Below the pieces are notes generated by a model, which saw only the letters and a program-made list of their open reading frames with translations, made no database searches and was not told the DNA's origin. Shown here piece after piece: positions 1 to 10,085 of a stretch of 64,000 bases of DNA (position 1 is its first letter; each line of letters begins with the position of its first letter). Source of the stretch: Candidatus Latescibacterota bacterium (lineage in GTDB: Bacteria > Latescibacterota > CBDEFO01); assembly GCA_965248755.1 (NCBI GenBank), contig OZ252149.1:3168001-3232000 (forward strand), written 5' to 3'. Position numbers and translations under genes: made by a program.

Positions 1-138
1 CAGGCCCTCAGAGACTTTGAATACACCTCCTGACCCTGCCACCTCCTCGCCCATGAGAAAGATCGTTTCATCCCTTCGCATCTCCTCTTGCATCGCTTCC
101 CGGATTGCATCTTTATATGTAAGTATCCTTTCAGACAT
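1..138 (-). CDS. TPP-dependent 2-oxoacid/acetoin dehydrogenase E1 beta subunit, N-terminal part (runs off the window)
   Basis: Manual translation MSERILTYKDAIREAMQEEMRRDETIFLMGEEVAGSGGVFKVSEGL matches the E1-beta N-terminus; lies directly downstream of the alpha subunit; AAGGGG RBS. Confidence 0.9.
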   Translation of the reverse strand, partial: MSERILTYKDAIREAMQEEMRRDETIFLMGEEVAGSGGVFKVSEGL

Positions 139-176
139 AGACATCCCCTTTAGAATCAGTAGACAGCAGGTAATAG

Positions 177-229
177 CCCCGATCCCCGAACCCCGATAGA
201 TTCACTCGGGGACTCAATCGGGGGTAGAC
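177..229. repeat. Nested CCCCGA...TCGGGG palindromic element
   Basis: CCCCGAT-CCCCGAA-CCCCGATAGATTCACTCGGGG-ACTCAATCGGGGGTAGAC. Confidence 0.85.
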
Positions 230-250
230 AGGACACGGCGTCTTCCCCAT

Positions 251-316
251 GCGCTTGTTTTAGGCGTAGACATCTTCTTCTACGCGTTTGTTTTAGGCGT
301 AGACATCTTCTTCTAC
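251..316. repeat. 33-bp tandem duplication covering the E1-alpha 3' end
   Basis: GCGYTTGTTTTAGGCGTAGACATCTTCTTCTAC at 251-283 and 284-316, one mismatch. Confidence 0.9.
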
Positions 317-1252
317 TTCTTCGGGTGAGGGAAATGGGGAGTTCTTTCCGAACTCTATGGCGTCTTCGATCTCTTTTTTGACTTGCTCTTCGATAGCCTC
401 AAGTTCGTTTTCCGTGGCCAGTTTGTCGGAGAGCAGTTTGTCGCTGAATCTCTTTATTGGATCCTTCGCCTTCCACTCTGCTAACTCCTCGTCGCTCCTA
501 TACGCGCCGGGGTCCCCCACGTGATGCCCTCCCCAGCGGTATGTTTGACACTCGATGAGTGTGGCACCTTCTCCTTTTCTAGCTCTTTCCACCGCTTCCT
601 TTACAGTTTCATATACGACTATAACATCGTTGCCGTCGATCATGACTCCTGGTATATCAGTTGCGGCGGCTTTATCGGCTATGTTCTGGCACGATGTGAC
701 ATCCTTTGCCGCTGTATATTCTCCGTATTGGTTGTTCTCACAGATGAATACTACGGGGAGTTTCCAAATAGACGCCAGGTTCATCGTCTCAAGCATTATG
801 CCCTGGTTTACGGCTCCATCTCCAAAGAAGCAGACGGCAACCTGATCTGTGCCCTTCCTCTTGGCTGAGAACGCCGCCCCTGTGGCGATGCCGAATCCTC
901 CTGCCACTATGCCATTTGCTCCCAGGATGCCGATCGAGAGGTCAGCTATATGCATAGAGCCGCCTTTGCCCTTGCAGTATCCGTCTCTTTTCCCCATCAC
1001 TTCTGCCATCATCCTGTCGAGTTGACCGCCTTTGGCTATGCAGTGTCCGTGTCCTCTGTGAGTGCTAGTGATGTAGTCATCATCCCTCAGGGTGAAGCAC
1101 GCGCCCACGGCTACAGCTTCCTCGCCAATATATAGATGGGCCAGTCCCGACATCAGTCCGTGTGTGTAGACGTACCAGATGCCCTCCTCAAAGTGCCGGA
1201 TCTGAAGCATTTTGCGATACATTTCGATCAATGTGTCTTTGTCAAGCTCCAT
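293..1252 (-). CDS. TPP-dependent dehydrogenase E1 alpha subunit (PdhA/AcoA family)
   Basis: HLYIGEEA, STHRGHGH, GKGGSMH, GDGA...N TPP motif, TYRWGGHH; start placed at MELDK (1252) after GGAG RBS. Confidence 0.93.
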   Translation of the reverse strand: MELDKDTLIEMYRKMLQIRHFEEGIWYVYTHGLMSGLAHLYIGEEAVAVGACFTLRDDDYITSTHRGHGHCIAKGGQLDRMMAEVMGKRDGYCKGKGGSMHIADLSIGILGANGIVAGGFGIATGAAFSAKRKGTDQVAVCFFGDGAVNQGIMLETMNLASIWKLPVVFICENNQYGEYTAAKDVTSCQNIADKAAATDIPGVMIDGNDVIVVYETVKEAVERARKGEGATLIECQTYRWGGHHVGDPGAYRSDEELAEWKAKDPIKRFSDKLLSDKLATENELEAIEEQVKKEIEDAIEFGKNSPFPSPEEVEEDVYA

Positions 1253-1701
1253 ATCGTCTCCTGTCTGTTGCTTACTCGTTAATCTTCTGGGCCCAATTAC
1301 TCTAATTATTCTTGGTCTTTCCAAGTATAAGTACCTTCCAAAGGTATAAATAATATAGTTTAGCGCTCTGTTTCTGTCAAGCGCTTATTTTCAAGTGTTG
1401 TGATTCGGACAGGCAGCATTTCTCAAGGATTTGTCGCACATAAAACACATGCGGGGACAGAAGTGTGTGTCTGCCCTTGGACAGCGCGATTCGATAAAGA
1501 AAAGACAAGAGACGGGATATGTTTACTTTGGATTCGGTTTGCCGAGGGATTTGTGAAGGATTTTGTACATGTTATCTACATTTTGAGCAAGAAAGTGAGA
1601 ACAACATATAGAAAAATGTTCACAATGTTCACATCCTTCACGCGACTTTCTTGTGATTGACATCTGATGGACTCTTTGTGTCTTTTCTTTGTAAAGTCAC
1701 C

Positions 1702-1936
1702 TATCCCGATTAATTCACAAAAAAAGGCCATGTACTAATTAAGGGATTGTATTATATTATAGTTATGCCGTTTAACCACCTTCGGTGTCATTGCGAGCCG
1801 AAGGCGAAACAATCTGGATTCTGTGGTAGATGTATTACTCTCCGGCTCTCGTAGGAGACCACTATAAAACCTTGAGATTGCTTCGTTGCTTTGCTCCTCG
1901 CAATGACTCCACCAAGTTTATGAATTAATCGGGCTA
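1702..1936. mobile_element. MITE-like element, copy 1 (TIR TA(G/T)CCCGATTAATTCA), carrying an internal GTCATTGCGAG...GCAATGAC REP-like pair
   Basis: Terminal inverted repeats; first ~90 bp and last ~40 bp nearly identical to 32594-32737; no ORF. Confidence 0.8.
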
Positions 1937-1979
1937 TGTCACAACTTGCTCGGCAAAAATGAATAATAATCTATTTACA

Positions 1980-2184
1980 CCATTTTCCCGACATACTTGC
2001 GATACATCCGCTCCTTCCAAAAGAGCCAACACCACCTCTGCCTTACGGGTCCCAGTCCAGCGCTTACCATCTTTCACTTCGGGGTTTGACACTTTGACCT
2101 CTATTCCCCGATAACATCACTCGGGGACAAGCCTCAAACCCCAATTTGCAAAATACCTGTCGCTCTGTCAAGGCGAGCGGTATG
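1980..2184 (-). mobile_element. Remnant (left end plus start of orfA) of an IS3-family element related to 43137-44402
   Basis: Aligns by eye with 44225-44402, ending at GCGGTATG; contains a 27-bp insertion at 2106-2132. Confidence 0.85.
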
Positions 2185-2279
2185 TTCGGGCTAATTGCCA
2201 TACCTTCATACTTTCACTTTTCCGTGTTTCTGTTAGTCTTTTTTGAGTCTGCAAGGATTTTCGTGTAAATGGCTCTGGA

Positions 2280-3536
2280 CTAGATCCCGAATACTTTACG
2301 AACCTTGGACCAACCTGCCATCAGGAAAAAGAGCAGGATAGTCATCAAGAGGGCCGATGTCAAGGGATGGTTGCGGTATCGTTCCCCAATCCACGCCGTT
2401 CGCCCATTCAAGAGCAAGAGTACCAACGCTAACATGGGAATAAAGACGGCTCCGACGATGGCATAAGACTTCTGCATTCTGGTAAACCCAACCCACAGTC
2501 CAAGCATGGGAAGGGTCGCCATGCTGTATAAGTACCATCTATAAGGGACCGAATGAGTGCTAATAGGTCGATCTTTTGCGAATTGATCTTTCCGCATCAT
2601 GGCCCAAAGATCCGTGAAGAGATACGGGACACTCTGCCACACTCCCAACAGACTGCTGAAGATCGCTCCAAATGCACCCAGTAAAAAAGCCCATTTACCT
2701 ATCCAACCCAGCGTTTCTCCCAACCTCACGGCTAATTGGGTCACCAAGGTGGCGCCTCTACCTTCCACCTGAATGGTGCTCCCGATCACGACCATGGCCA
2801 ACCCGAACACGGCCGTCATCGCATACGCGATGCCCAGGTCGATACGACAGACGCCTAAATCATCATCGCTGAAACGTCCTTCCTCGCGGATCCAATAACC
2901 GTAACATAAGATCGTTACCGTACCGCCGACACCACCTATCAAGGCGATCATCCAGGGCAATCCTGCGCCATCGAGGTCGGGAACGGTGGGCCACACCAGT
3001 CCCCTCAGGAGTTCGCTCCAAACGGGTTTCAAGAGGACGGCGGTCATGACCACGGTGACGAACATTAGACCAATACAGAGGCCCATCACTTTTTCAAACA
3101 GGCGATATCCGCCCAGACGAACTAAGATCACACCCAGCATACTGAGAATCATGCCGTAGACGATTTTCCCGGTGGACGGATCGTAAAAGAACGGTAAAAT
3201 GGCTTGAGCTGCTACCCCACAGGCGCTCATCAGCGCTGCGGCCACCAGGAAGCTCCATATCAGCAAATAGACTAGAAAAATATATTGGGCGGGACGACCC
3301 AGGTGGCTGATAGCCCCTTCAAGCAGGGTATCACCAGTGGCCAGTTGCCAGCGGGTCAATCCTTCATTCAATAGAAACTTGAAGAAGGCGCCCAAAAGAA
3401 CCGCCCAGAGAATCGCTACTCCTAAATTGCTTCCCGCAAGTGCCGCGGTGGCCAGATCACCCGCTCCGACCCCGGTGCCCGCCACCAGGATCCCCGGACC
3501 GATGATCGACAGTAAGTTTTTCTTTCTCTTCGACAT
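2280..3536 (-). CDS. Nramp-family divalent metal transporter
   Basis: IGPGILVAGTGVGAGD N-terminal motif, about 11 TM helices. Confidence 0.85.
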   Translation of the reverse strand: MSKRKKNLLSIIGPGILVAGTGVGAGDLATAALAGSNLGVAILWAVLLGAFFKFLLNEGLTRWQLATGDTLLEGAISHLGRPAQYIFLVYLLIWSFLVAAALMSACGVAAQAILPFFYDPSTGKIVYGMILSMLGVILVRLGGYRLFEKVMGLCIGLMFVTVVMTAVLLKPVWSELLRGLVWPTVPDLDGAGLPWMIALIGGVGGTVTILCYGYWIREEGRFSDDDLGVCRIDLGIAYAMTAVFGLAMVVIGSTIQVEGRGATLVTQLAVRLGETLGWIGKWAFLLGAFGAIFSSLLGVWQSVPYLFTDLWAMMRKDQFAKDRPISTHSVPYRWYLYSMATLPMLGLWVGFTRMQKSYAIVGAVFIPMLALVLLLLNGRTAWIGERYRNHPLTSALLMTILLFFLMAGWSKVRKVFGI

Positions 3537-3584
3537 AGGGGTTCTTTTCCAATTTTTTCGTGTGCGGAGCAGCGCTCTATTAAA

Positions 3585-4030
3585 CCGACATTCCCCATAT
3601 TACATTGCATGAGGGATTATATTTCGATACAATCTTGTTTGTGAATGAATAATACCACTTTTACATTTTTCAACAAGTGCTTTTTTCAATCAAAATAGCA
3701 ATTTCCTCTGAATTATCACTTTCTTTGTGTCTAAATCCTCCAATTAGAGACACCTCTCCATTGACTCACAAAAAAATGTGGCAGTTTAAACAGAGTAACA
3801 TCACAATCGTTCAATCCGGGATAATATTTCGGCAAATAACCTCTTGTCTATCCCAACCTCAGCCATCTGAAACGTGATGTATCTGCTGTGTCTGACAATC
3901 TTCGCGCCAATCTTGATCAATTTCACAAGGAGGCTGCCAAGAGACCAGTGTTTGATTCTCCCTGGAAGAACCAACCGCCTCAGAAAGTTTCCAAGATTAT
4001 AGGCCAGAACAAATAACCAGAGCTTCACCT
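3585..4030 (-). mobile_element. IS1380-family remnant (transposase C-terminus plus right end)
   Basis: LFVLAYNLGNFLRRLVLP..IKHWSL..L..KLIKIGAKIVRHSRYITFQMAEV is typical of IS1380 Tnp C-termini; terminal ATGGGGAATGTCGG at 3585-3598. Confidence 0.8.
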
Positions 4031-4420
4031 GATCCCCGCAGCCTCACCTGATCCCCGCTCCCCTATAGATTCAATACGGGATCACAATCGGGGACGCAGG
4101 CATGATAGTTTCATTTTACTAAGGTCATTGCGAGGAGATTCATCCCGAAGCAATCTTGCCTCTACGTGTCTACTGACTACTTGGCGAACACGGTGGGTGC
4201 GCCCAAAGGGGGAGTGGACCCCCGATAGAATCATTCGGGGGCAGGCCCCGCACATACACACGTTGTGGCGAATCGTTATCCCCTGGCAAAACTTAGACTT
4301 TACGTTTTCGGATCAGCAGGTTTCCGGATCAGAGTTTCAAGTATCCGATGGGCAGGTAACAGGTTAGCTCAGACGTCCTGCTTTTTGCAGCCTTAGTTTC
4401 TTGATTTCGCGCAGTGATTA

Positions 4421-4449
4421 TTGACATCTAACACCTTATTTTGTATCTT
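4421..4449 (+). promoter_or_regulatory. Sigma70-like promoter for the HEAT-repeat gene
   Basis: TTGACA-17bp-TATCTT. Confidence 0.6.
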
Positions 4450-4482
4450 ACCTCCTGAACTTCCAAAGGTGAGGAACAAGAA

Positions 4483-6438
4483 ATGGGAATCTTTGATTCG
4501 CTATTCAAGCCAGACGTAGATGCATTAAGTGCGGAAAGAAATGTGAAAGGCATAATCAGGGCATTGGGATATAGGAAGGATCAGGATGTTCAACAGAGAG
4601 CAGCGCGGGCGCTGGTAAAGATAGGCTATCCCGTTGTCGAGGCTTTGATTGCTGCCTTGAAGGATCCAGATCGGGATATCCGAGGGGGCGCAGCCAGGGC
4701 TCTGGGAAAGATAGGGAATGTCCGTGCAGTGGAACCTTTGATCGGTACCTTGAAGGATCAGGATCGGGGTATCCGAGAGAGAGCAGGAAGGGCTCTGGTA
4801 AAGATAGGCAACCCCGCTGCTGAGTTTTTGATTGCTGCATTGAAGGATGCAGATTGGAACCTCCGAGGGAGTGCAGCAGAGACTCTTGGTAAGCTTGGCT
4901 GGCATCCTGATGACCAGAATCAGCAGATTACGTATCTGATTGTCAAAGAGGATTGGAAAAAGTTAGGGTAAATTGGAGAACCCGCTGCCCTGCCCTTGAT
5001 CGCTGTCTTGAACGATAGGGGTGCGACTTCGGATGTCCGGCAAAGTGTATCAGATGTTCTGGGCAAGATAGGGGATGCCTGTGCAGCCGAGGCGTTGATT
5101 TCCGCCTTGAAGGATGAAGATTCAAGTGTCCGAGAGAGTGCAAAAGAATCCCTGGTAAAGATAGGCAAGCACACAGTTGAGCTTCTAATTTCTGCCCTGG
5201 AGGATGAGGATTCAAGGGTCCGGCAAAGTGCAGCGGCCATTCTGGGAAAGACAGGGGATGTCCGTGCGGTAGAGCCCATGATTTCCGCCTTGAAGGATGG
5301 AGATTCAAGTGTCCGAGAGAGTGCAAGAGAGGCTTTGATAAATATAGGTATACCTGCAGTTCAGTATTTGAACGCTACCTTGAAGGATGCAGATGAAGCT
5401 TCGGTTGTCCGAGGAAGTGCAGCCGATGTACTGGGAGAGATAGAAGATGACGATGCCATCCAGCCTTTGATTGTTGCCTTGAAGGATGACGATAGTAATC
5501 TTCAGGCGAGAGCTGTAGGGGCACTGATAAAGATAGGAAAGCCCACAGTCGAACCCTTGATTGCCGCCTTGAAGGATGAGGACAAGGGTGTCCGTCAGAG
5601 TGCAGCGGAGGCATTAGGAGAGATAGGGGATACCCGTGCTCTTGAGCCTTTGATCGCCGCCCTGGAGGATGCAGATTGGGGTGTGCGATGGAAGGCAGCA
5701 GAGACTCTGGTGAAGATAGGGGACGTCCGTGCTGTCCGGCCTTTGATAGCTGCCCTGGAGGATGAAGATGAGGGTGTCCGCTGGAGAGCAGCATGGGCAT
5801 TAGGTGAGATCGGCGATGTCGGCGCTGTCGAACCTTTGATAGCTGCCCTGGAGGATGCGGGTGTGGGTGTCCGTCAGAGGGCAGCCAAGGCATTAGGACA
5901 GATAGGTGCTGTCCGACCTTTGATTGACGCCATGGAGGATGCGGATGTGGGTGTCCGTCAGAGCGCAGCGGTGGCATTAGGACAGATAGGAGATGTCCGC
6001 GCTGTCCGACCTTTGATTGACGCCATGGAGGATGAAGATGCAGATGTCCGATTAAGTGTATCAGAGGCTCTGGTAAAGATAGGGGATATTAGTGCAATTG
6101 AACCGTTGATTGATGCCCTGAGGGATGAAGATTCGGGTGTCCGATGGAGTGCAGCATGGGTACTGGGAGGGACGGGTGACGCTCGTGCCGCCGGGCCTCT
6201 GATTGCTGCCCTGGAGGATGAAGATCTGGGTGTTCGCCAGAGGGCAGCAGAGGCTCTGATAAAGATAGGCAAACCCGCGGTTGAGTCTCTGATTAATGCA
6301 TTGGAGAATGAGGAGTGGGGTGTCCAATTGGGTGCATCAGGAGCTCTCGAAAAGATAACAGGGAAAGACTTCGGACGAGATCATGCAGAATGGCAGCAGT
6401 GGTGGGAGGAAAACAAGGAGACAGTAGCCCCCGATTGA
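4483..6438 (+). pseudogene. HEAT/PBS-lyase repeat protein (~651 aa) interrupted by an in-frame TAA at 4969-4971
   Basis: ORFs 4483-4971 and 4996-6438 share a frame; repeats LIAALxDxDxxVRxxAAxALGxIGD; the TAA sits where K (AAA) is expected in LGKIG. Confidence 0.85.
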
Positions 6439-6503
6439 ATCCCAGATTGAGTCTACCGGGGATCGGGGGTAGATAGTAGACAGGGAGCACTGCCCATTCC
6501 TGA

Positions 6504-9500
6504 CTAACACACCAATGAGACAGCCCTCTTTATGTAAGCGGCAACGTCATCTATAAGCGAATATATAGTCGGAGCGATTACGAGTGTCAGAAATGTGGAT
6601 GTGGTGAGACCCGCTATTATCACAAGCCCTACAGGCGCCCAGAAGGCGTCTCCACCTTCGGCAGTCCCCAAAATTAGAGGGGTCACCATCGGCAGAAGTC
6701 CCAGTATGGTCGTCACCGATGTCATAAGGATCGGTCTGAGCCTGTTCTGTCCCCCTCTTATTATGGCGTCTCTCTTCGGCATCCCCTCTCTCCTTAGATG
6801 ATTTATATGATCTATCAGCACAATTCCATTATTTACCACCAGCCCAAAGAGGATCAGTAGCCCCATAATTCCCATCGGATCCAATGGCCTCCGCATAAGG
6901 AGCAGAACCCCGCAGACGCCTATGAGTGAAAAGGGTATCGAGAACATTATGGTGAAGGGGTGAGAGTAGGACTCAAATAGCGACGCCATGATGATGTAAA
7001 TGAGCGCCGCAGACAGAAGCAAGGCGAAGTTGCTGCCGACATCCATCTCCAGAGTCCTCCTGTAGTTTTCGCCCATCTGCCACGTATATCCGGAGGGGAA
7101 CGCCGCACTCTTCAGCCTCTCTTCGATCTTCCTGCCCGCCGCATACATCCCCATCCTCTCCGGGGTGTTGGCAAAGACATTCACGATAGTCTTCCTGTCC
7201 TCCCTCCTTATGGCCGTTGGACCTTTTTTATGCTTAAATGCCGCCAGACTCCCGAACGACACCATCTCCCCGCGGCTATTTTCGAACATCGTGTTCTTAA
7301 GCTGTTCCAGATTAGCCCTGTCCTCTTCCTTAAGCTGGACAGTTATGTCTATCTCCCCGTCTTCGGTCTTATATGTAGTCCCTCCCCTTGTCCCTAAAGC
7401 CTCGGAGATAGTCCTTGCAACCTGCATCGGGGAGAGCCCATATCGGCTTGCCTTTTCTCTGTGCACCCGCACCTGAATCTCCTCCTCTCCCCTCTCAAGG
7501 CTCGTATCTATGTCCTCAATTCCCTCTATGTCGGAAAGTCTATCCTTCACATTCTCCGCCAGCATCTTCAGTACCGACGTGCTCTTCCCCTTTATGTCCA
7601 CCGATACCCCTATGTTTCCTCCCCTGCCTCGCATCCTCTCCATCTTGAACTTAACGCCTGGGATCACAGGAAGCATGGATTTTACTTCGTTCTTAACGTG
7701 CATAGTCGAGCGCTGGCCTTCTTCCGCAAGATGCAGCGTCATTCTCCCGCTCCGTGCTCTGAAATTTGCAGAGAGATTCTCCAACTCCAACTCGTCTTTC
7801 TTCTTAAGGATCAGCTCCTCCAACTTTGTGAATAGACCTAATGCATCCTCTTCGGTGTAGTGCCTCGGCAGTTCCACAGTTATATCCACCTGACGTGGCG
7901 GAACCCAGGGGTTTGGAAGCCGATCTATCTGGCTTAAAAGATAGAGAAACATCCCTGTGATAACTAAAGCCACAGCTATAGTCGTCTTCCTGAACTTCAA
8001 AGTCCAGCCTATGATGGAGGTGTATTTCGCTGTCAGCCGTACCAGAAAGCGACTGCGCTCTTTTTCGGCTCCCTTAAACATCCGTGAGGAGGCCAGAGGG
8101 ATCAAAGTCAGCGCCACAAATAAAGATGATACTAAAGCCGCACATATCGTGATCCCGAAATCTTTCATCCATATCATAAGCCTGTTATCTCCTAAGAAGA
8201 TAAGGGGCACAAACACGCAGATAGTCGTGGCTGTAGCTGCCATCACGGCAGTCCCCACCTCTCTGCTGCCCAATAGAGCCGCACCTCCCGCATCTAACTT
8301 CTCATCCTGCCTCTTTCTGAATATACTCTCCAAGACCACAACTGCGGGGTCAACCAACATCCCCACAGCCAGCATCAACCCCATTGTAGAGACTAAATTG
8401 ATCGTTATGGTGGAATTGAAAAAGACCCTCGCCATATACATAAACATAAAGGCGCACAGGACAGATATCGGGATAGACAAACATATAATGAGCGTGCTCT
8501 TTACAGAGCGCAAAAATAAGAGGATCACCGCGACGACAAGGACGCCTCCCAGAAGTCCTGAATCCCTGAGCGTGTTCAGCCTATCTATAATCCCCTTCGA
8601 TTCGTCCCTGTAGATATGGATGTTGAGCCTGTCTTCCCCGACATCTGATCTGATCTTATCCAGAGCCGATCTTACCTTTCCGGAAACCCGGACCATATTG
8701 GCGGTCGAAGCCTTGTAGACCTGAATAGATATAGCATTATGCCCGTTTAGCTTCTGAAAGGACCTCTTTATCGGGTAGTCGTAGCTGACCTTTGCTAAGT
8801 CTGAAAGCACTATATTCTTACCCGGTATCGGCATCTGGGAGATCTCTTTTATACTTTGAAATTCTCCTATCGAGCGTATGGAAAATTTCCGCCCGCCGTC
8901 TATCACTTCTCCCAGAGACAGGTTTATATTATTCCTCCTCAAAAGACGGTTCAGAACGGAAATATCCACATTGTGAGCCTGAAGGAGTCCCTGATCTAAC
9001 TCCACCAGAAGTTCCTTCTTATCGAGTCCACTCACGTCCACGTTGGCTACGCCGTCTATCCTTAAGAGTCGAGGCTCGATCATATCCTCAACGCTTGAGT
9101 AGAGTTTCTCCTTTGATCCTTCAAAGGCGACGCTGAACCTCATTATGGGCCTGTCTGTCGTCTGCCATCTGTGGATGCGTATCCTTTCTACGTCCTCAGG
9201 CAGTTCCGCCCTTACCTGATCGAGCCTGTCCCTGACCTCCAGCGCCATTAAGTCCATATCTGTCCCGAACTGGAACTCCAAGCTTACGGAAGAATTAGAC
9301 CTCGATGACGATGAATTCATCTTTTTGAGCTTGCCGAGCGTCCCCATGGCGTCCTCTATGGGGATGGTGATAAGCTCCTCCACTTCCTCGGGAGACGAAG
9401 AACTGTAAGGCACAGAGATCCTTATGCTGGGCCACGACATCTCAGGGAAGAACATCAGTGGGAGGCGATATATCGAAATTATCCCCAGGACGATCAGGCT

Positions 9501-9557
9501 TAAGATCACCATCACGGTGGTGATCGGTCTTTCTATGCAGAATTTGGAGATGTTCAT
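6504..9557 (-). CDS. RND (AcrB/AcrD/AcrF family) efflux permease
   Basis: AVGMLVDPAVVVLESI, GLVVNNGIVLID, RLRPILMTSVTT; start at MNISKF. Confidence 0.93.
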   Translation of the reverse strand: MNISKFCIERPITTVMVILSLIVLGIISIYRLPLMFFPEMSWPSIRISVPYSSSSPEEVEELITIPIEDAMGTLGKLKKMNSSSSRSNSSVSLEFQFGTDMDLMALEVRDRLDQVRAELPEDVERIRIHRWQTTDRPIMRFSVAFEGSKEKLYSSVEDMIEPRLLRIDGVANVDVSGLDKKELLVELDQGLLQAHNVDISVLNRLLRRNNINLSLGEVIDGGRKFSIRSIGEFQSIKEISQMPIPGKNIVLSDLAKVSYDYPIKRSFQKLNGHNAISIQVYKASTANMVRVSGKVRSALDKIRSDVGEDRLNIHIYRDESKGIIDRLNTLRDSGLLGGVLVVAVILLFLRSVKSTLIICLSIPISVLCAFMFMYMARVFFNSTITINLVSTMGLMLAVGMLVDPAVVVLESIFRKRQDEKLDAGGAALLGSREVGTAVMAATATTICVFVPLIFLGDNRLMIWMKDFGITICAALVSSLFVALTLIPLASSRMFKGAEKERSRFLVRLTAKYTSIIGWTLKFRKTTIAVALVITGMFLYLLSQIDRLPNPWVPPRQVDITVELPRHYTEEDALGLFTKLEELILKKKDELELENLSANFRARSGRMTLHLAEEGQRSTMHVKNEVKSMLPVIPGVKFKMERMRGRGGNIGVSVDIKGKSTSVLKMLAENVKDRLSDIEGIEDIDTSLERGEEEIQVRVHREKASRYGLSPMQVARTISEALGTRGGTTYKTEDGEIDITVQLKEEDRANLEQLKNTMFENSRGEMVSFGSLAAFKHKKGPTAIRREDRKTIVNVFANTPERMGMYAAGRKIEERLKSAAFPSGYTWQMGENYRRTLEMDVGSNFALLLSAALIYIIMASLFESYSHPFTIMFSIPFSLIGVCGVLLLMRRPLDPMGIMGLLILFGLVVNNGIVLIDHINHLRREGMPKRDAIIRGGQNRLRPILMTSVTTILGLLPMVTPLILGTAEGGDAFWAPVGLVIIAGLTTSTFLTLVIAPTIYSLIDDVAAYIKRAVSLVC

Positions 9558-9673
9558 CGTTTCCCCGTTAACGATTTTGTCAACTTGCAGTGTAGATGCC
9601 GCTTCTTTTTTGCTTTGTTGAAGTAACAAAAAACATCGTCACCGCACGCATGCATGGGTGTGTTGTCTGTTTA

Positions 9674-9950
9674 TTAGTCGTCTATTTCTAAGTCGTCTGT
9701 TATAATGTAAGGACAGGTCAGATCTGACCTGTCTTGAGCCTGTAGAACAGATATTACCGCGTTGCGGCCCAGACCCGGATATTTTATAGTTACAAGACCG
9801 GCATCCTTGAGTTCCTGCAATCTCCTCTTTACAGTAATCTCAGATTTGCCGAGGAGCTGGGCTATTCTCTTAAGCCCTAAAGAACAGCCGCCGCCGTCTC
9901 CCGGGTTCCACACCAGGATAGTAGCATACAAAACCTTGGCCGAGGCAGTC
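9674..9950 (-). pseudogene. Fragment of a winged-HTH (HTH_36-like) replication/regulatory protein of mobile-element type
   Basis: AKVLYATI...LKRIAQLLGKSEITVKRRLQELKDAGLVTI; short, no clear start. Confidence 0.5.
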
Positions 9951-10085
9951 CATCGTACGCATCCAATACCTCCGCCCTAACCCCGCCGTGCCAGGAGTGC
10001 ACGTTGACGTGCAGACGTACTATCGCGATTAATCAACAACACTAAAACACTCTTGCTGCCGCTATTAGTTGTAACTAAGTCATTC

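Noticed and set aside
4996..6300. DNA-level ~93-bp periodic repeats (and ~150-bp repeats at 10090-11170)
   Set aside because: Fully explained by HEAT and FG-GAP protein repeats; not CRISPR, and no reverse transcriptase for a DGR
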